Below, piece after piece: positions 22,495 through 34,610 of a DNA stretch of 64,000 nt. The position numbers were made by a program, and so were the translations under genes. Under the pieces are notes generated by a model. The model was not told where the DNA came from and did not search any database. It saw nothing but the letters and a program-made list of their open reading frames with translations. Numbering within the stretch: position 1 is the first letter of the stretch; the number at the start of each line of letters is the position of its first letter. This DNA comes from Utricularia gibba (lineage: Eukaryota; Plantae; Magnoliophyta), in assembly GCA_002189035.1 (NCBI GenBank), contig NEEC01000002.1, positions 5,952,001 to 6,016,000 on the forward strand. Reading direction: 5' to 3'.

Positions 22495-22597
22495 AGGGAG
22501 ACCTCAGAAGGTAAATTTTGAAACATCACCAAAAACCTCTGGAAGAGATCAATGCTCAGATGGTACGGACAATTCAGATAGCATCACCGGCATCCCT
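22495..22597 (-). ncRNA. Box C/D snoRNA predicted to guide the 25S rRNA U in CUGGUACGGACAA (snoR117/U2103-like, name from memory)
   Basis: Terminal stem AGGGATGCC/GGTCTCCCT, C box GTGATGC, D' CTGA (22559-22556), C' GTGATGT, D CTGA (22507-22504). A 12-nt guide TTGTCCGTACCA is antisense to 25S UGGUACGGACAA. Confidence 0.82.
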
Positions 22598-22699
22598 CCG
22601 CCGACACATAGATTTGAAGGACGGTATGTTCTAGTAACAACATTTTGGGGTGTGTCTAGAGATGGAGGCGCTACTGGTCAGATATAAAAAGAAACAGAC

Positions 22700-22860
22700 G
22701 GAAACCCTACTAGATGATTTGGTCTACAAATTACTGGAATGCCCTCAGTGGGGGTTTACCGGGCCACGGGCTGGATACTGGGCCAACTCAGATCGCGGGG
22801 CGTTGTGGACTGGCCCCAATGATAAGTTACTGAGAGCCCAAAACTCCATATGAGCCCACT
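22700..22860 (-). promoter_or_regulatory. Probable snoRNA-cluster promoter with telo-box and site II elements
   Basis: AAACCCTA at 22702-22709, TGGGCC at 22779-22784 and further GGGCC/AGCCCA motifs; telo-box plus site II is the known signature of plant ribosome-biogenesis and snoRNA promoters. Confidence 0.5.
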
Positions 22861-23656
22861 TTCAGATTTGAATGAATTTTTATAATTTATTTAAATAATT
22901 ATGTTCACTTTTTAAAAATTTAATCTTTAACGATTTTGTAATAAAATTAAAAGTTCAAATTCTATAATTAACTTTAAAAATTATTAATTTTTTTAATTTC
23001 TATTTCAATAATTATATAAGATATTAATTATATTATTTATTATTTTATATTTTTAAAAATATATTTATAATATAATATAATATTATATAATAATTTAATA
23101 TATTAAAATATATAATATATATTTTATTTTATTAAATTTTATAAAATAATTTTATGTTGGTCTATAAAATAATTTACAATTTTAAAATGAACTTATTCAA
23201 ATAATCTTAAAATTAATTATATTTTAAAAAATATGAATACAATTTCAAATTATAGAATAATTTTTTAATTTTTAATTAATTCTAAATTAGATAGGAAAGA
23301 ATTTTAATTAATAAATTGCTATAAACATTTTAAAATATTAAATTTAAGTAATTATTTTATTTCTTATAAAAATACTAAAATGTGATTTTTTTTTGTTGTT
23401 CATTACTCATTGTATTATGATAAAAATTGACAAAAAAACCTGACTTAGCCAACCCAACAAAATGTAATCTTGATTTTGTAAGTGTGGCTTATGGGGTGTG
23501 TGTGTGCCTGAGAATCATCGAGTTATCTTCAACGCCACCCTCTTGACGATAAGAGACGACACTCTGCTGCCCACAGATCCTCATCATCACTCCATTTCGA
23601 TTATCCCTCTCGTTCCTCGATCAATCTCACTCGTTTCCCACAAATAATCTGAAGGA

Positions 23657-25743
23657 ATGGCGTCTACGGCCGCGTCTCTTGTCTTCTGTGGAATTCCCAA
23701 GAGTTCTGGGTCCGCGGCCATGGCTTCCCAGACCTTCCCCACAACGCGCTTTTACGGGAAGTCACGTCTGGGGTTCTCCGCCGGAGCCGCTGACCCACTT
23801 CTCGCCCAGGTCGTATCTACGAAGCAGGTGTCTTTCAAGTCAAAGCCTGTGAGGGGAGTTGTTTCCATGGCGAAGAAGAGCGTCGGCGATCTATCTGCCG
23901 TCGATCTTAAAGGGAAGAGGGTGTTTGTGAGGGCTGATCTCAATGTCCCACTCGATGATAGCCAGAATATTACTGATGATACGAGGATTAGAGCTGCGGT
24001 GCCCACCATCAAGCATTTGATCAGTAATGGAGCCAAAGTCATCCTTTCTAGCCACTTGGTGAGTTTGTTTGCGCAATATTCTTTTCAATTTTGTGTGGTT
24101 TCCTTGAATCCTTGATTCTAGAAAATGATGGCAAGTGAACTCTGGATTGCTCTCAGTTTCCGTAGGCAGCGTACCAAGTGTTTTAGTGACTTAGTCAAGA
24201 TTCTATAATTAGTTAGAAAATGTAAAGTGCTTCATTTAGCTTAACTCAGACTTATCTGCATTTTCTTGCAAAGTCACACATTTAGTTCTTTGCTCGTAGC
24301 CGTAAGTTGTGTGCTTTCCTCAGTTGAAGTATGAAGCTTGATTTTTGCTTGTTGCTCAGGGAAGACCAAAAGGTGTCACCCCAAAATACAGCCTCGCACC
24401 TCTTGTCCCCAGACTATCTGAACTGCTGGGAATTCAGGTAACTTTACTAGTCGAAAGTTTCAATCTTGAGAGTAAGGAAAGTGAAGATGAGATCTCAATA
24501 ATTCATTTTTCGCGTGATTCAACATGGGATTACAATGTGGCTGACTGCCTCAGGTTGTGAAAGCGGACGACTGCATCGGCCCAGAGGTTGAAAGCCTGGT
24601 GGCCTCGTTGCCGGATGGTGGGGTTCTCCTTCTTGAGAACGTGAGATTTTACAAGGAGGAAGAGAAGAATGAGCCCGAGTTTGCTCAAAAGCTTGCCTCA
24701 TTAGCAGATTTATACGTAAATGATGCATTTGGTACTGCACACAGAGCACATGCGTCCACTGAGGGAGTCACAAAGTTCTTGAAGCCTTCCGTTGCTGGTT
24801 TCCTTCTGCAGAAGGTTTCGTATAGCTACCTTCTTTGATGTTGAAAATGTGGTATTTTGGTTTCTCATCAGCTTTTCTGGATATCACAATCTAGGAACTA
24901 GACTACCTTGTTGGTGCCGTTTCTAGCCCCAAAAGGCCGTTTGCCGCCATAGTGGGTGGTTCCAAGGTGTCTTCCAAGATCGGAGTGATCGAGTCACTTC
25001 TTGAGAAAGTTGACATTTTGCTTCTTGGCGGGGGCATGATCTTCACATTCTACAAAGCACAAGGGCTGTCCGTCGGATCATCCCTGGTTGAAGAAGACAA
25101 GCTTGATCTTGCCACATCGCTCCTGGCGAAGGCGAAGGCAAAAGGTGTTGATCTCTTGCTTCCCACCGATGTCGTCATCGCTGACAAGTTCGCCCCAGAT
25201 GCAGAAAGCAAGGTCCTAAGCTTATCAACGCTATTTGTAACAGAATCCAGGTTCAGTGGCCTTGAAAATTGCTTCTTCTAACAGATTGTTCCCGCCTCTT
25301 CTATCCCGGATGGCTGGATGGGACTGGACATCGGACCGGACTCCATCAAAACATTCAGCGATGCCCTTGAGACGACGAAGACGGTGATCTGGAACGGACC
25401 CATGGGAGTGTTTGAGTTCGAGAAATTTGCAGTAGGCACAGAGGTATGCATGCCCTCCAGGTGTTCGCCGAAAGGCTGCTCTCAAGCTACGGTGTAATGT
25501 ATCACCATGCTTGCTCTGTGTCTAACACTGCAGGCCATCGCAAACAAGCTGGCAGATCTCAGTGGGAAGGGGGTGACGACAATCATCGGCGGCGGCGATT
25601 CAGTGGCTGCTGTGGAGAAGGTTGGTGTTGCGAATGTGATGAGCCACATTTCGACCGGCGGTGGTGCGAGTCTGGAGCTCCTGGAAGGGAAAGAGCTTCC
25701 GGGGGTGTTGGCCCTCGATGAGGCTGTCCCGGTGGCGGTTTGA
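23657..25743 (+). CDS. PGK: Phosphoglycerate kinase, chloroplastic
   Basis: Exons 23657-24058, 24360-24437, 24554-24814, 24895-25212, 25285-25443 and 25534-25743; transit peptide, [34 protein letters not shown] and [15 protein letters not shown]. Confidence 0.97.
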
Positions 25744-26007
25744 CTCAAGTGTACAAATGTTTTGATGGATGTGCAGGATGGTGAAAGCTTCTCTACTCCA
25801 TTCTACTGGTTTTATAGAGACGATGGTTCTGAAATAATTTTTGTATATCCTTCTCAAGTGAGCAGTGCAGGGCATGGTGCCACTTGCCAGAAGACACAGC
25901 AATTGCATTATTCGTTTCACTTTGGGTTGTTGTTTATGTTCCTGCATCAAATTACGTCTAACCACATAGCACAAGATGAGCAGAATAAATCTGTTTCAAA
26001 GCGCATG

Positions 26008-26016
26008 AAAAAAAAA
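26008..26016 (-). terminator. Pol III oligo-T terminator of the tRNA-Arg gene
   Basis: T9 run on the minus strand 13 nt downstream of the tRNA 3' end. Confidence 0.7.
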
Positions 26017-26029
26017 CAATACATATAAG

Positions 26030-26102
26030 CGATCGCGATGGGACTCGAACCCACAGTCTCCCGCTCCGGAGGCGAGCGCCTTATCCATTAGGCCACGCGA
26101 TC
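26030..26102 (-). tRNA. tRNA-Arg (anticodon CCG)
   Basis: 73 nt GATCGCG TGGCCTAATGGATAAGGC GCTCGC CT-CCG-GA GCGGG AGACTGTGG GTTCGAG TCCCAT CGCGATC G; 7-bp acceptor stem with A and B boxes. Confidence 0.97.
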
Positions 26103-26404
26103 AAGATTGGTAATAGGTTTACCAATTTAAAATAAAGCCTACTAAATTGTTTCCAATATCGATCTTGACATTCTCCGAACAATAAAAACTTATTTAAATG
26201 TGTTTTATCAATTAGAAGGCATATTAATATTGCTTTATTAATAATTTTACATCATATTTATATGCCAAAATAAATAAAATAGCTATTATTTTTTCAACCC
26301 GAGTGATCAGGCCTCACAGACATATAAACAGAGAGAGATTGCTGCTCAACGTTTGAGACATGGAATACCAAACCAAAAATAAGCTGCATTGCATTGCATC
26401 GCAT

Positions 26405-29400
26405 CTACTGCGGGACACAGTTCTCCGCCGGCAAGTCGGGATGCATCGCCCACTCCGTCCACGATCCGTCGTAAACGGGGACATCCGTCTTTCCGAGTCG
26501 ATGCAGCCCCTGAAATCCAGAATATATGCTTTTCAGAATGACCACAACTATGAGCTCTGGTTCATGGTAATTGGAGTGAATCAGAAGACTCCTAACTCCA
26601 GAGATTAGGGGAGTTACCAGAGCCAGGATGCAAGCAGTAACGCCAGTGCCACAAGATGCTATCACTGGTTCCTCTAGCGAGATTCCTGTCATGATGCATG
26701 TTTAAAGATAGGCATTTTTTGAAAGTAAAGCTGATTCGTGGCAGGAGTTTGAAGGAGTATTTACCTTCGTTTTCAAATGACTTTCGGAGCTCATCTGCTG
26801 GCAGGAGGGTCTGAGAGCTGTCCAGCATCTGCATCAAGCAAGGGAATTTTAAATGAAAGAAGAGGGCTTGTCATGAATCAACAACGGAGGCAGGCCAGGC
26901 CAGGCCAGGCCAGGCAGTTCTTGAATAGTCAGAACAGTTTACCTGAGAGAAAGGAATGCATTTACTCCCCGGAATATGACCACCTCTTACTCCTTTTCTA
27001 GGTTCTGGAACAGCTCCATCGAACCTGGGAGTAAAACAATCTCAAAAAGATTGGAAGGGGTACCAGTCGTTTTCATCTAAGAAAAGGGCATAAGGATTCC
27101 CTTTTAAATAGACTTGAGTGGGAGTGAGGAACACCAAAATAACTTCTCACTGAACATATACCTAGCCTTTGAGCGAGCATCTATGTGCTGATAGGTTTTC
27201 TCCTTGGTATTTTTTCGTACCTGATAAACAACGAGACATGGGAAACTTTGAAATGATATCACAATAGCTCAAGACCATTAGACATGATCCAAGTTTTTAT
27301 CCTATGAGCAGTGGGTTTTCAATATAGGCTGTTATTGTATAAAAAACTTAACATATCTAACGCGATTCGAATCAACAAAATAATGCATGCCATTAAAAGA
27401 ATCTTAAGCAAAGCCAGTCTGCTGAGCATTTTCCAGAAAATAGGGGCAGAATACTACTGCAACATGTGCTTAAATGAATTTGCAATTTCGTGCCACATTA
27501 TGAAAAGCATCCTCGGACAAAAAAAGACACCTGCTCAAGTGACCAGACGAGATTTGATCGAAAGTTGGTCTGGAACGTAACAGGCCCCACCTGCAGGTAT
27601 AATGAAGAATTTCTCATTCACAGCATGAGATAGCACACTTGTGCACAGATCAGCATTGAGTTTAAAAATATAACAAACCATTATAAGATGAAATGATGTG
27701 AATCATAAAAAGCCAACATCAAACAGCAAGAAAAAATCAGATAAAAACTCAAAGAGCACATGGAAGCTGAAAAACTTACAGGTTGCCCCCTGTATACTTG
27801 CTCTACGGTCTCACTGGCAGCACTGGATTTTAAGATAGCATCACTTGATGCACTAGATTCAACATCAAAACCTGAAGCACGCCATCTTGGAAGACCCCCG
27901 TCCAAAACCCAAATCTTATCATGCCCGTATACTCTAAACATCCTGTTTACAAAGTAACAATACAGACTGAACAATTTTCACAGAACAACATAAATATGCA
28001 AGTCACATAATTTGTCATCCTCAAAGCTCACCACCAAACACGAGCAGCACAGAAAATCCCCTTCCCATCATAAACAACGATCCCATCTTTATTTTCAATC
28101 CCAAGTGCAGAAGAAGCAGCAGCAAATGCTTCTTCAGATGGCAACATATGAGGCAACTGCAAGCAAGCAAACAGAATGGCACATATACAAGAATGATCCG
28201 CAGAAGCACTTGAATTGAAGCAGATTTCTGAAGCTCAATGAGACTTAGATACGCTGATATGATGAGCAGACATGTGGAAAATTTTTTGTAAGCAAAGCAC
28301 CATAACTGATCGCAAAAGAAAAGTTAGGTATTGGTGACAAGGCAACGAATCTTACATCAGTTGTTCGATCGGATATTCCATCCAAGTCAAAGAAAAGTGC
28401 ACCAGGGATATGGGCAACCTGGAAACCAAATTTGAGCATGACTCAAATAAATTCTATAGCAACCGGATGCTCAAAAGCGAGAATTGGATTTAGCTGAGAA
28501 CTTCAAGATGTTTGCCACCTGATACTCTTGAAGTGGGTTTCTCTGTTCATTTGGCATGTACCAGGAAGCATCCAGCACCTGAAATGATTCAATGTATGTT
28601 ACCCCAAATCACCAATACTGAAGTCTTTTTATATAAAGTGAGGCACATAAATATCTTCAATATCAGTATTTATCCATGCCATTTCTGCAGCCTCCTTAAT
28701 TGAGAACTGCGTACGTGTTCAACTTTATCCCTTGGAGCATTATAAGATTCATTATTATACATACTCATCCCGTGTTAGACATCGTACTATGTGCGGTGGG
28801 TCCAAATCAATTCAATTTTCAATTCAATATGTACAGAAAAATTCTGACCTTGACATCAGGTTCCCTTAGGTTTGCATGAAGCCATTCCACGGAAACAACA
28901 GGCTCCTTGGTTGATAAGGATTGCGCAGAGAATGAAGCCTGTGATGCAAGTGCTGCAGAAGAAATTCTACGAAAAATTGATCTCTGAGGCTTGCATTCCA
29001 AGTTGGATAGGGGCCTCTTCTGCAACCAAAAATAAGGGATATCATATTCCCAGAAATAAGTGAAACAAATTTCAGATCGTATACAGATGTTGTTCTCTGC
29101 GGGGATTTAAAATTTGATATTGCATTGCATTCTGCGTATTCCACCATTGTACAGCAGCGTGAAATAATAAAATCTCGATGTGTGTGAGATAAAAATCAGA
29201 TTTTTTTGTACATAGAAAGAACAAACACGTAGAACATGAAGCAGATCAGAGGTAAACATCTCATTCAAAAGCATTCCGAAAAGCAACAATATCATGTGAG
29301 CTATACTCCATTCTAGAAACTATATCAATATCCCTGCATCAACGGTTTAAATTTCATTCATTTAGTTCAACAAAGCTAGACCCACCATGGGAATTCGAAA

Positions 29401-29627
29401 AATTCCCAAAAATTGTCACAACTTTTCCAGGAAACAGCAACAATTCCAAAAGGAGAAAGCCTTACACGCAATCATACAAGAAAATAAGCAACGCAGCGGG
29501 CGATGGCGAAAAGACTCACGGGTAAGACTGAAGCGAAGTAGTGGGATTTCAATATGAAGGATGAGGGTGAAGAAAGCTGAAGGCCGCAACGCCCTAAGAG
29601 TGTTCGGGACAAAATAGCGGACGCCAT
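26405..29627 (-). CDS. STR1: Thiosulfate/3-mercaptopyruvate sulfurtransferase 1, organellar (two-domain rhodanese)
   Basis: Presequence MASAILSRTLLGRCG from ATG 29627; exons encode EPVVSVEWLHANL, VLDASWYMP, HIPGALFFDLDGI, LPHMLPSEEAF, WVLDGGLPRW, DARSKARF, GHIPGS, SCGTGVTAC and YDGSWTEW. Confidence 0.95.
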
Positions 29628-30389
29628 AGCAGTCAGTGACGCCTACTGAAGAGTTGCTCAGAAACTCAGGGCCGAAAAAAGTCCCTTTCCAAAGATTCCC
29701 ACCGATTATTCCCTTCTACAGACAGGCCCTTTTCTCCGTCCACTCCGATGATGATCAAACATCCGGAACTTCTTCGAAGTCCAAACAACCTACGGACTTC
29801 AGAGCTGGCAAGAGATCGAATCTAAGAGCTTTTGATTTGTGAAGATCAAATATCCTAAACCAAATAATATCAATTTAAAAATAATCAGAATATTACATAT
29901 ACTCATGACTCCGGGTTAGCGGGCCTGACCGGGCTTAGGAGTCCAGCGTGCACACCTCTAACCAGGCCGGCCCTGCCTTGAGACCGGACCGGTCCGGCAC
30001 GCAAATACCGTTGCCCGGGAACAGCCCATGTACATCGAGGCGGCCTGACCCATCCGTGGGCCCATCAGTATTTTAGTTTTTAAATCAATATAAAATGTAG
30101 TGCCAAATTAATTTGAAAATCAATTTTATTTTATAATAAAATAATAGAAACTAAATATGTTGAAAACCGTAAATGTTCGGACATAATTTTGTCGAATACA
30201 CCAAATTTTAACATCATTCGGAACTAAATACGTCATTTTAACCAAATATTAAGGATTAGATGCATCATTTTAGTAAATTGTATGGAATTTTGGCATCCAA
30301 GTTCTTTTTAATAATTAAAATATGTATGTGAATAGATGCTATGGGGCATGTCGCTATAATTAATTAATGGGCATAACGGAGGCCAGGTT

Positions 30390-30525
30390 ATTTTGGGCCT
30401 GATGGCCCATTTGGGCCTTTATGAGCCTTGCCCACTGTGAGGCTTATTTGGGCTTGTAATTTCAGACGCGGGCTACGTTTACTTAAACAATGGCCCATAA
30501 ATGGGTCCATTAGTAATGGGCCCAA
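30390..30525. promoter_or_regulatory. Cluster of TGGGCY (site II / proteasome-related cis-element-like) motifs upstream of the proteasome gene
   Basis: At least six TGGGCC/TGGGCT/GGCCCA motifs within 135 bp, just before the 5'UTR of the alpha-2 subunit gene. Confidence 0.55.
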
Positions 30526-30941
30526 CCTGCGACAGATTCGTTCTTCTCCTCCAAGAAAACTTCGCTACAGAACTTGCAATCTGCGGGCTCGTTTTTTTTG
30601 GTGCTTGGAGTCAGGGAGCGTGAACTGCTTGTTGTGTGGGAGAATCATCTGAGGTGAATAGAATGGTGTACTGCACTCTTCAAAATTGTGCCTCGTTTTC
30701 CGTGAATCGTATCGATACATTTAATCCGGCAATTTTGTTTTCTTGATAGTTTTTATTTGGATTTCGAAGCATAGACTGGGTGTTGCTGTTCTTTAGGTTT
30801 TGTCTACAGTGGTTGAAATTCAAAATGGTTTACGCCCGTAATCATGATGTATTCTTCTGCGAAAATATGTGGTCTTCAAGTGGAATTGTTTTAATTTTTC
30901 AGATCATTATTCTCGAGTGATAAGCTTCGTATCAGAAATCA

Positions 30942-33643
30942 ATGGGCGATAGTCAGTACTCTTTCTCCCTCACCACCTTCAGGTGCTCAGAGAATAAAGC
31001 ATGGTTATCTGTTAGCCTGATATTCTTAGGTTAATCTTTTTTATGTGGATACAGTCCGTCGGGTAAGCTTGTTCAGATAGAACACGCGCTAACAGCTGTT
31101 GGATCCGGCCAAACATCTTTGGGAATTAAAGGTGGTATCTTTGTCTCGTTCAACATGAACATTACAAGTTGTTTACATCGCCCTGTGATTGAAATATGAA
31201 ATCATTTGGCTCTTTTTTGTTTCCGAAAATAGTTAGATAAAAAGATATTAATGTGATATGCATTTTCACTTTTAATGGTTTGGATTCTATGTGCAATCGC
31301 TAACCAGTGAAACCTGATTAGACAGACATATACGAACCCACAGAAAAACAAAAAAAAGTTTTTAAAATTGGCAAGTTTCAAGTAGAAAAAAAATTGATTA
31401 CATTTCTTTGCATGGCTGCAGCTGCTAATGGTGTTGTTATTGCCACGGAGAAGAAATTGCCATCAATTTTGGTTGATGAGGCATCTGTAAGACAATCATT
31501 ATTTATTTCTATTTTGATTCATTCTCAGTATTTAGAAAGATGAGTAATTTTCACCTCGTTGGATGTTTCATGAGGAGTTTCATTTTTTCACTATGAAGAA
31601 TTTTAAACCTAGTGATTGAAATTACTGAATGTGGAGGTGATCAATAGACATTTCATTTATCAGTTCTATATCTCAGTTGAATAGAACTTGATATTGCTCA
31701 CTGGATTATATTCATTGTCAAACCACAATTGACAATTTTATGTTAAATTCACCAATTGCAGGTGCAAAAGATTCAGATTTTGACCCCTAATATTGGTGTT
31801 GTCTACAGGTTGAATTTCCTGTTCTGTTCATATGCTATTTCATCATGCTTTTGTGTAATTTCGTAGATGCTTGTTTTGTGAATCATACCACCTAAATTGA
31901 CTACTATATGAGCATGACTGGTAATCAGTACGATGCATCAACGTGAGCGCTAGTGAACTGCAATTTGCCTTTGATAAGGGATGTTGCGTAATATTTGTTA
32001 TCTCATTTTGAAGATGACCTGGAAATTTAAATAATGTATCCAAGGATTATTGGAAGTTGACATCCTTCAATATTCGAACTCCCTATAGATTCTGAGATGC
32101 CGTACACGTTCAATTCGTTTTCTTTGCAGTGGTATGGGTCCTGACTCTCGAGTTTTGGTTCGGAAAAGTAGAAAGCAAGCAGAGCAATACTACCGGTTGT
32201 ACAAAGTAATATTTTTTATCTGTGCCAATCATCTCTGTTGACCATGAGTCTCTTCATCTTGGATTTTGCTATGATGCACCATTTTGATACGGCAAAGTTT
32301 TCTACTACCAGCGTATCTTTTTGAAGTAGTCGTATTGTTCATTCCTCCTTTATTGTCTTTCTTAGGGACATTCAATGAATTTTCTGGGTTTTTTGATGCT
32401 CTCCATTCCATGTGCTGAGAATATTATGCTGACATTCAGAATCACAAGTGCTGATAAGCTTGTTTTTTTTATGTTTTTTGCATGTTGAAATAGGAACCAA
32501 TTCCAGTAACTCAACTGGTGAGGGAGACTGCAACTGTTATGCAGGAATTCACGCAGTCTGGGTAGGGATCACTTTTACCCTATATTCTTGTTGCTTCGTG
32601 ACTGTGCTCTTGGTCATTTATATATTGGAAAACAAGTTCCTCACTCCGTTATGTTTATGTATTCGGGTTTTAGTGGTGTGAGACCCTTTGGCGTATCTCT
32701 ATTGGTTGCTGGATTTGATGACAAGGGTCCGCAGCTATATCAGGCAAGCAAATCTGAATCTTGCACTCTCCTTGCATTTTTTCTAATGGGTCAAATCTTC
32801 TATTTCCTGTTCCCTAGTCTAATGCTGTTTTATTTGTGTTTCCGACCACATTTTCTGCTTCCCTACATATTCCATGAATTTTCCAAATGATGATTTTGTG
32901 TTGCATTAGGTGGATCCTTCTGGCTCATACTTTTCCTGGAAAGCTTCAGCTATGGGGAAGAATGTATCAAATGCGAAGACCTTTTTGGAGAAGAGGTGGT
33001 GCCTTACTTGTCTCCTACCAAATAAGAGTTGTGATAGTTTTCACTATGAGTAGATTCCTAAGTACCCGAAATGCTGCAGGTACACTGAAGACATGGAACT
33101 TGATGATGCAGTACATACGGCCATTTTGACATTGAAGGAAGGGTAAGTAATCTTATTAAAATGTGCATCGGTTTTAGATAATGAACTTGTAGGTTTAAGG
33201 CATCAGTTTTAGGTTTGGTTACATGCATCATTAAAATGTGCTCAATGTGGGACCTGATGAACGGGGCAGTTTACAGAGTTAAACTCAATGCTTACATGCG
33301 TTTCATTTTCGATCATAGAAGTTGCATCTTAGTTCATGCGTCACCTAGCTTTTTCCATGTCTTCTTGTAGAGAGGAATGTTATTCACCAGTCGATATACA
33401 ATAAAGATTCTGTCACTCATGTATTCATTTCGTAATCTCTATTTGCACCAGATTTGAAGGACAGATTTCCAGCAAAAACATCGAGATTGGAGTCATTGGC
33501 AATGACAAAACATTCAAGTAATTTTTACCCTGACTTGGGATTCACCTGGAAATAGCTATGATTAATGGCTTGACGGTGCTCTTGTTCATGTCAGGGTCCT
33601 CACTCCTTCAGAAATTGAGGATTACTTGCAGGAAGTGGAATAG
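30942..33643 (+). CDS. PAB1: 20S proteasome subunit alpha type-2, 11 coding exons
   Basis: [29 protein letters not shown]...[39 protein letters not shown]...[10 protein letters not shown]; one GC-AG intron (32744-32909). Confidence 0.96.
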
Positions 33644-34096
33644 CAAGTCCCCATGCAGGAAAAAAGCATGTACACTCTTTCCTCTCCTACTTTGCATGAG
33701 GTCAGGCCACATTACCTATCACATTCAGGACGTTGTAAACCAGAACCCCTTTCTTCTGCTACTTGTGCCCCTCATTCCAATTTGCTAGTTTGGCTGATGG
33801 ACATGCTTGCTGTCGAATTAGCTATCAGTTAATCTAATCTACTTGTTGTTTAGTGCTTTTTAATCTTCAAAACCAACCTACCACCATCCATTAAAATTTC
33901 TTGTTGATTCAAACATGAAATTGATGAATGGGAATCAGTGTGATGGTGGTACGCCCAAGTTACAACATGTCACATCCATTACAGAAGTTGAGACATAAAT
34001 GTGTTTCAAAAACTTGGTGAAGCCGAGTCAGCAGCAGCTTCTGTTGTCCCTTCAATGCACTCACATCACACTGATTGTAGGTCTTGGGCCCACGCA

Positions 34097-34124
34097 TTGA
34101 CTTGGAAGTTTTCCCACGTTGACT
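34097..34124. promoter_or_regulatory. Two W-boxes upstream of the CRK-like locus
   Basis: TTGACT at 34097-34102 and 34119-34124; W-box enrichment is known for CRK promoters. Short motifs only. Confidence 0.3.
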
Positions 34125-34610
34125 GGTGTCAACCCTCGTCTGCCAGGTCTCTGTCTTTTCTAAGACCTCATGCACCAGTGGGGAGGTGCCCTTCTAACTC
34201 GACCACCTCTATAGTCTTGCGTTTGCGCGTTTCAATAATATATAAACAATAGTTCATATAATATATTTGATTTTGAAATTCTATAAATAAAAAATGAAAA
34301 ATTAAAAATAAATTTGAAAAAAGAAAAAAAAAAGATCATTATTCAAAAAATATTGCTATAATAAATGAAAAATCTAAATAAGTAAAATAGTTTATTTTAG
34401 AAAACAATACATGATATAGAACTATTAATTTTCCATTTTAAAAATAGAAAAAAAAGGATTAGAACACCACGTAACGTAACTAGAAACTGCCAACAATCAT
34501 AGCAAGACTTGGAAGACTTCAACTGCTACAAAGAAACTTGTTCTAAAGCGCGTTGATCATTCAACGCGATTTCCTCTTGTTACTTAATGTGTGTGCTTTG
34601 GTGAATCGGC

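Noticed and set aside
26890-26916. (CCAGG)4-5 repeat
   Set aside because: Simple intronic microsatellite in STR1.
29890-30065. GC-rich CCGG/GGCC-laden segment between STR1 and PAB1 as a MITE or structured RNA
   Set aside because: No definable TIR/TSD or RNA motif; may be promoter site II sequence.
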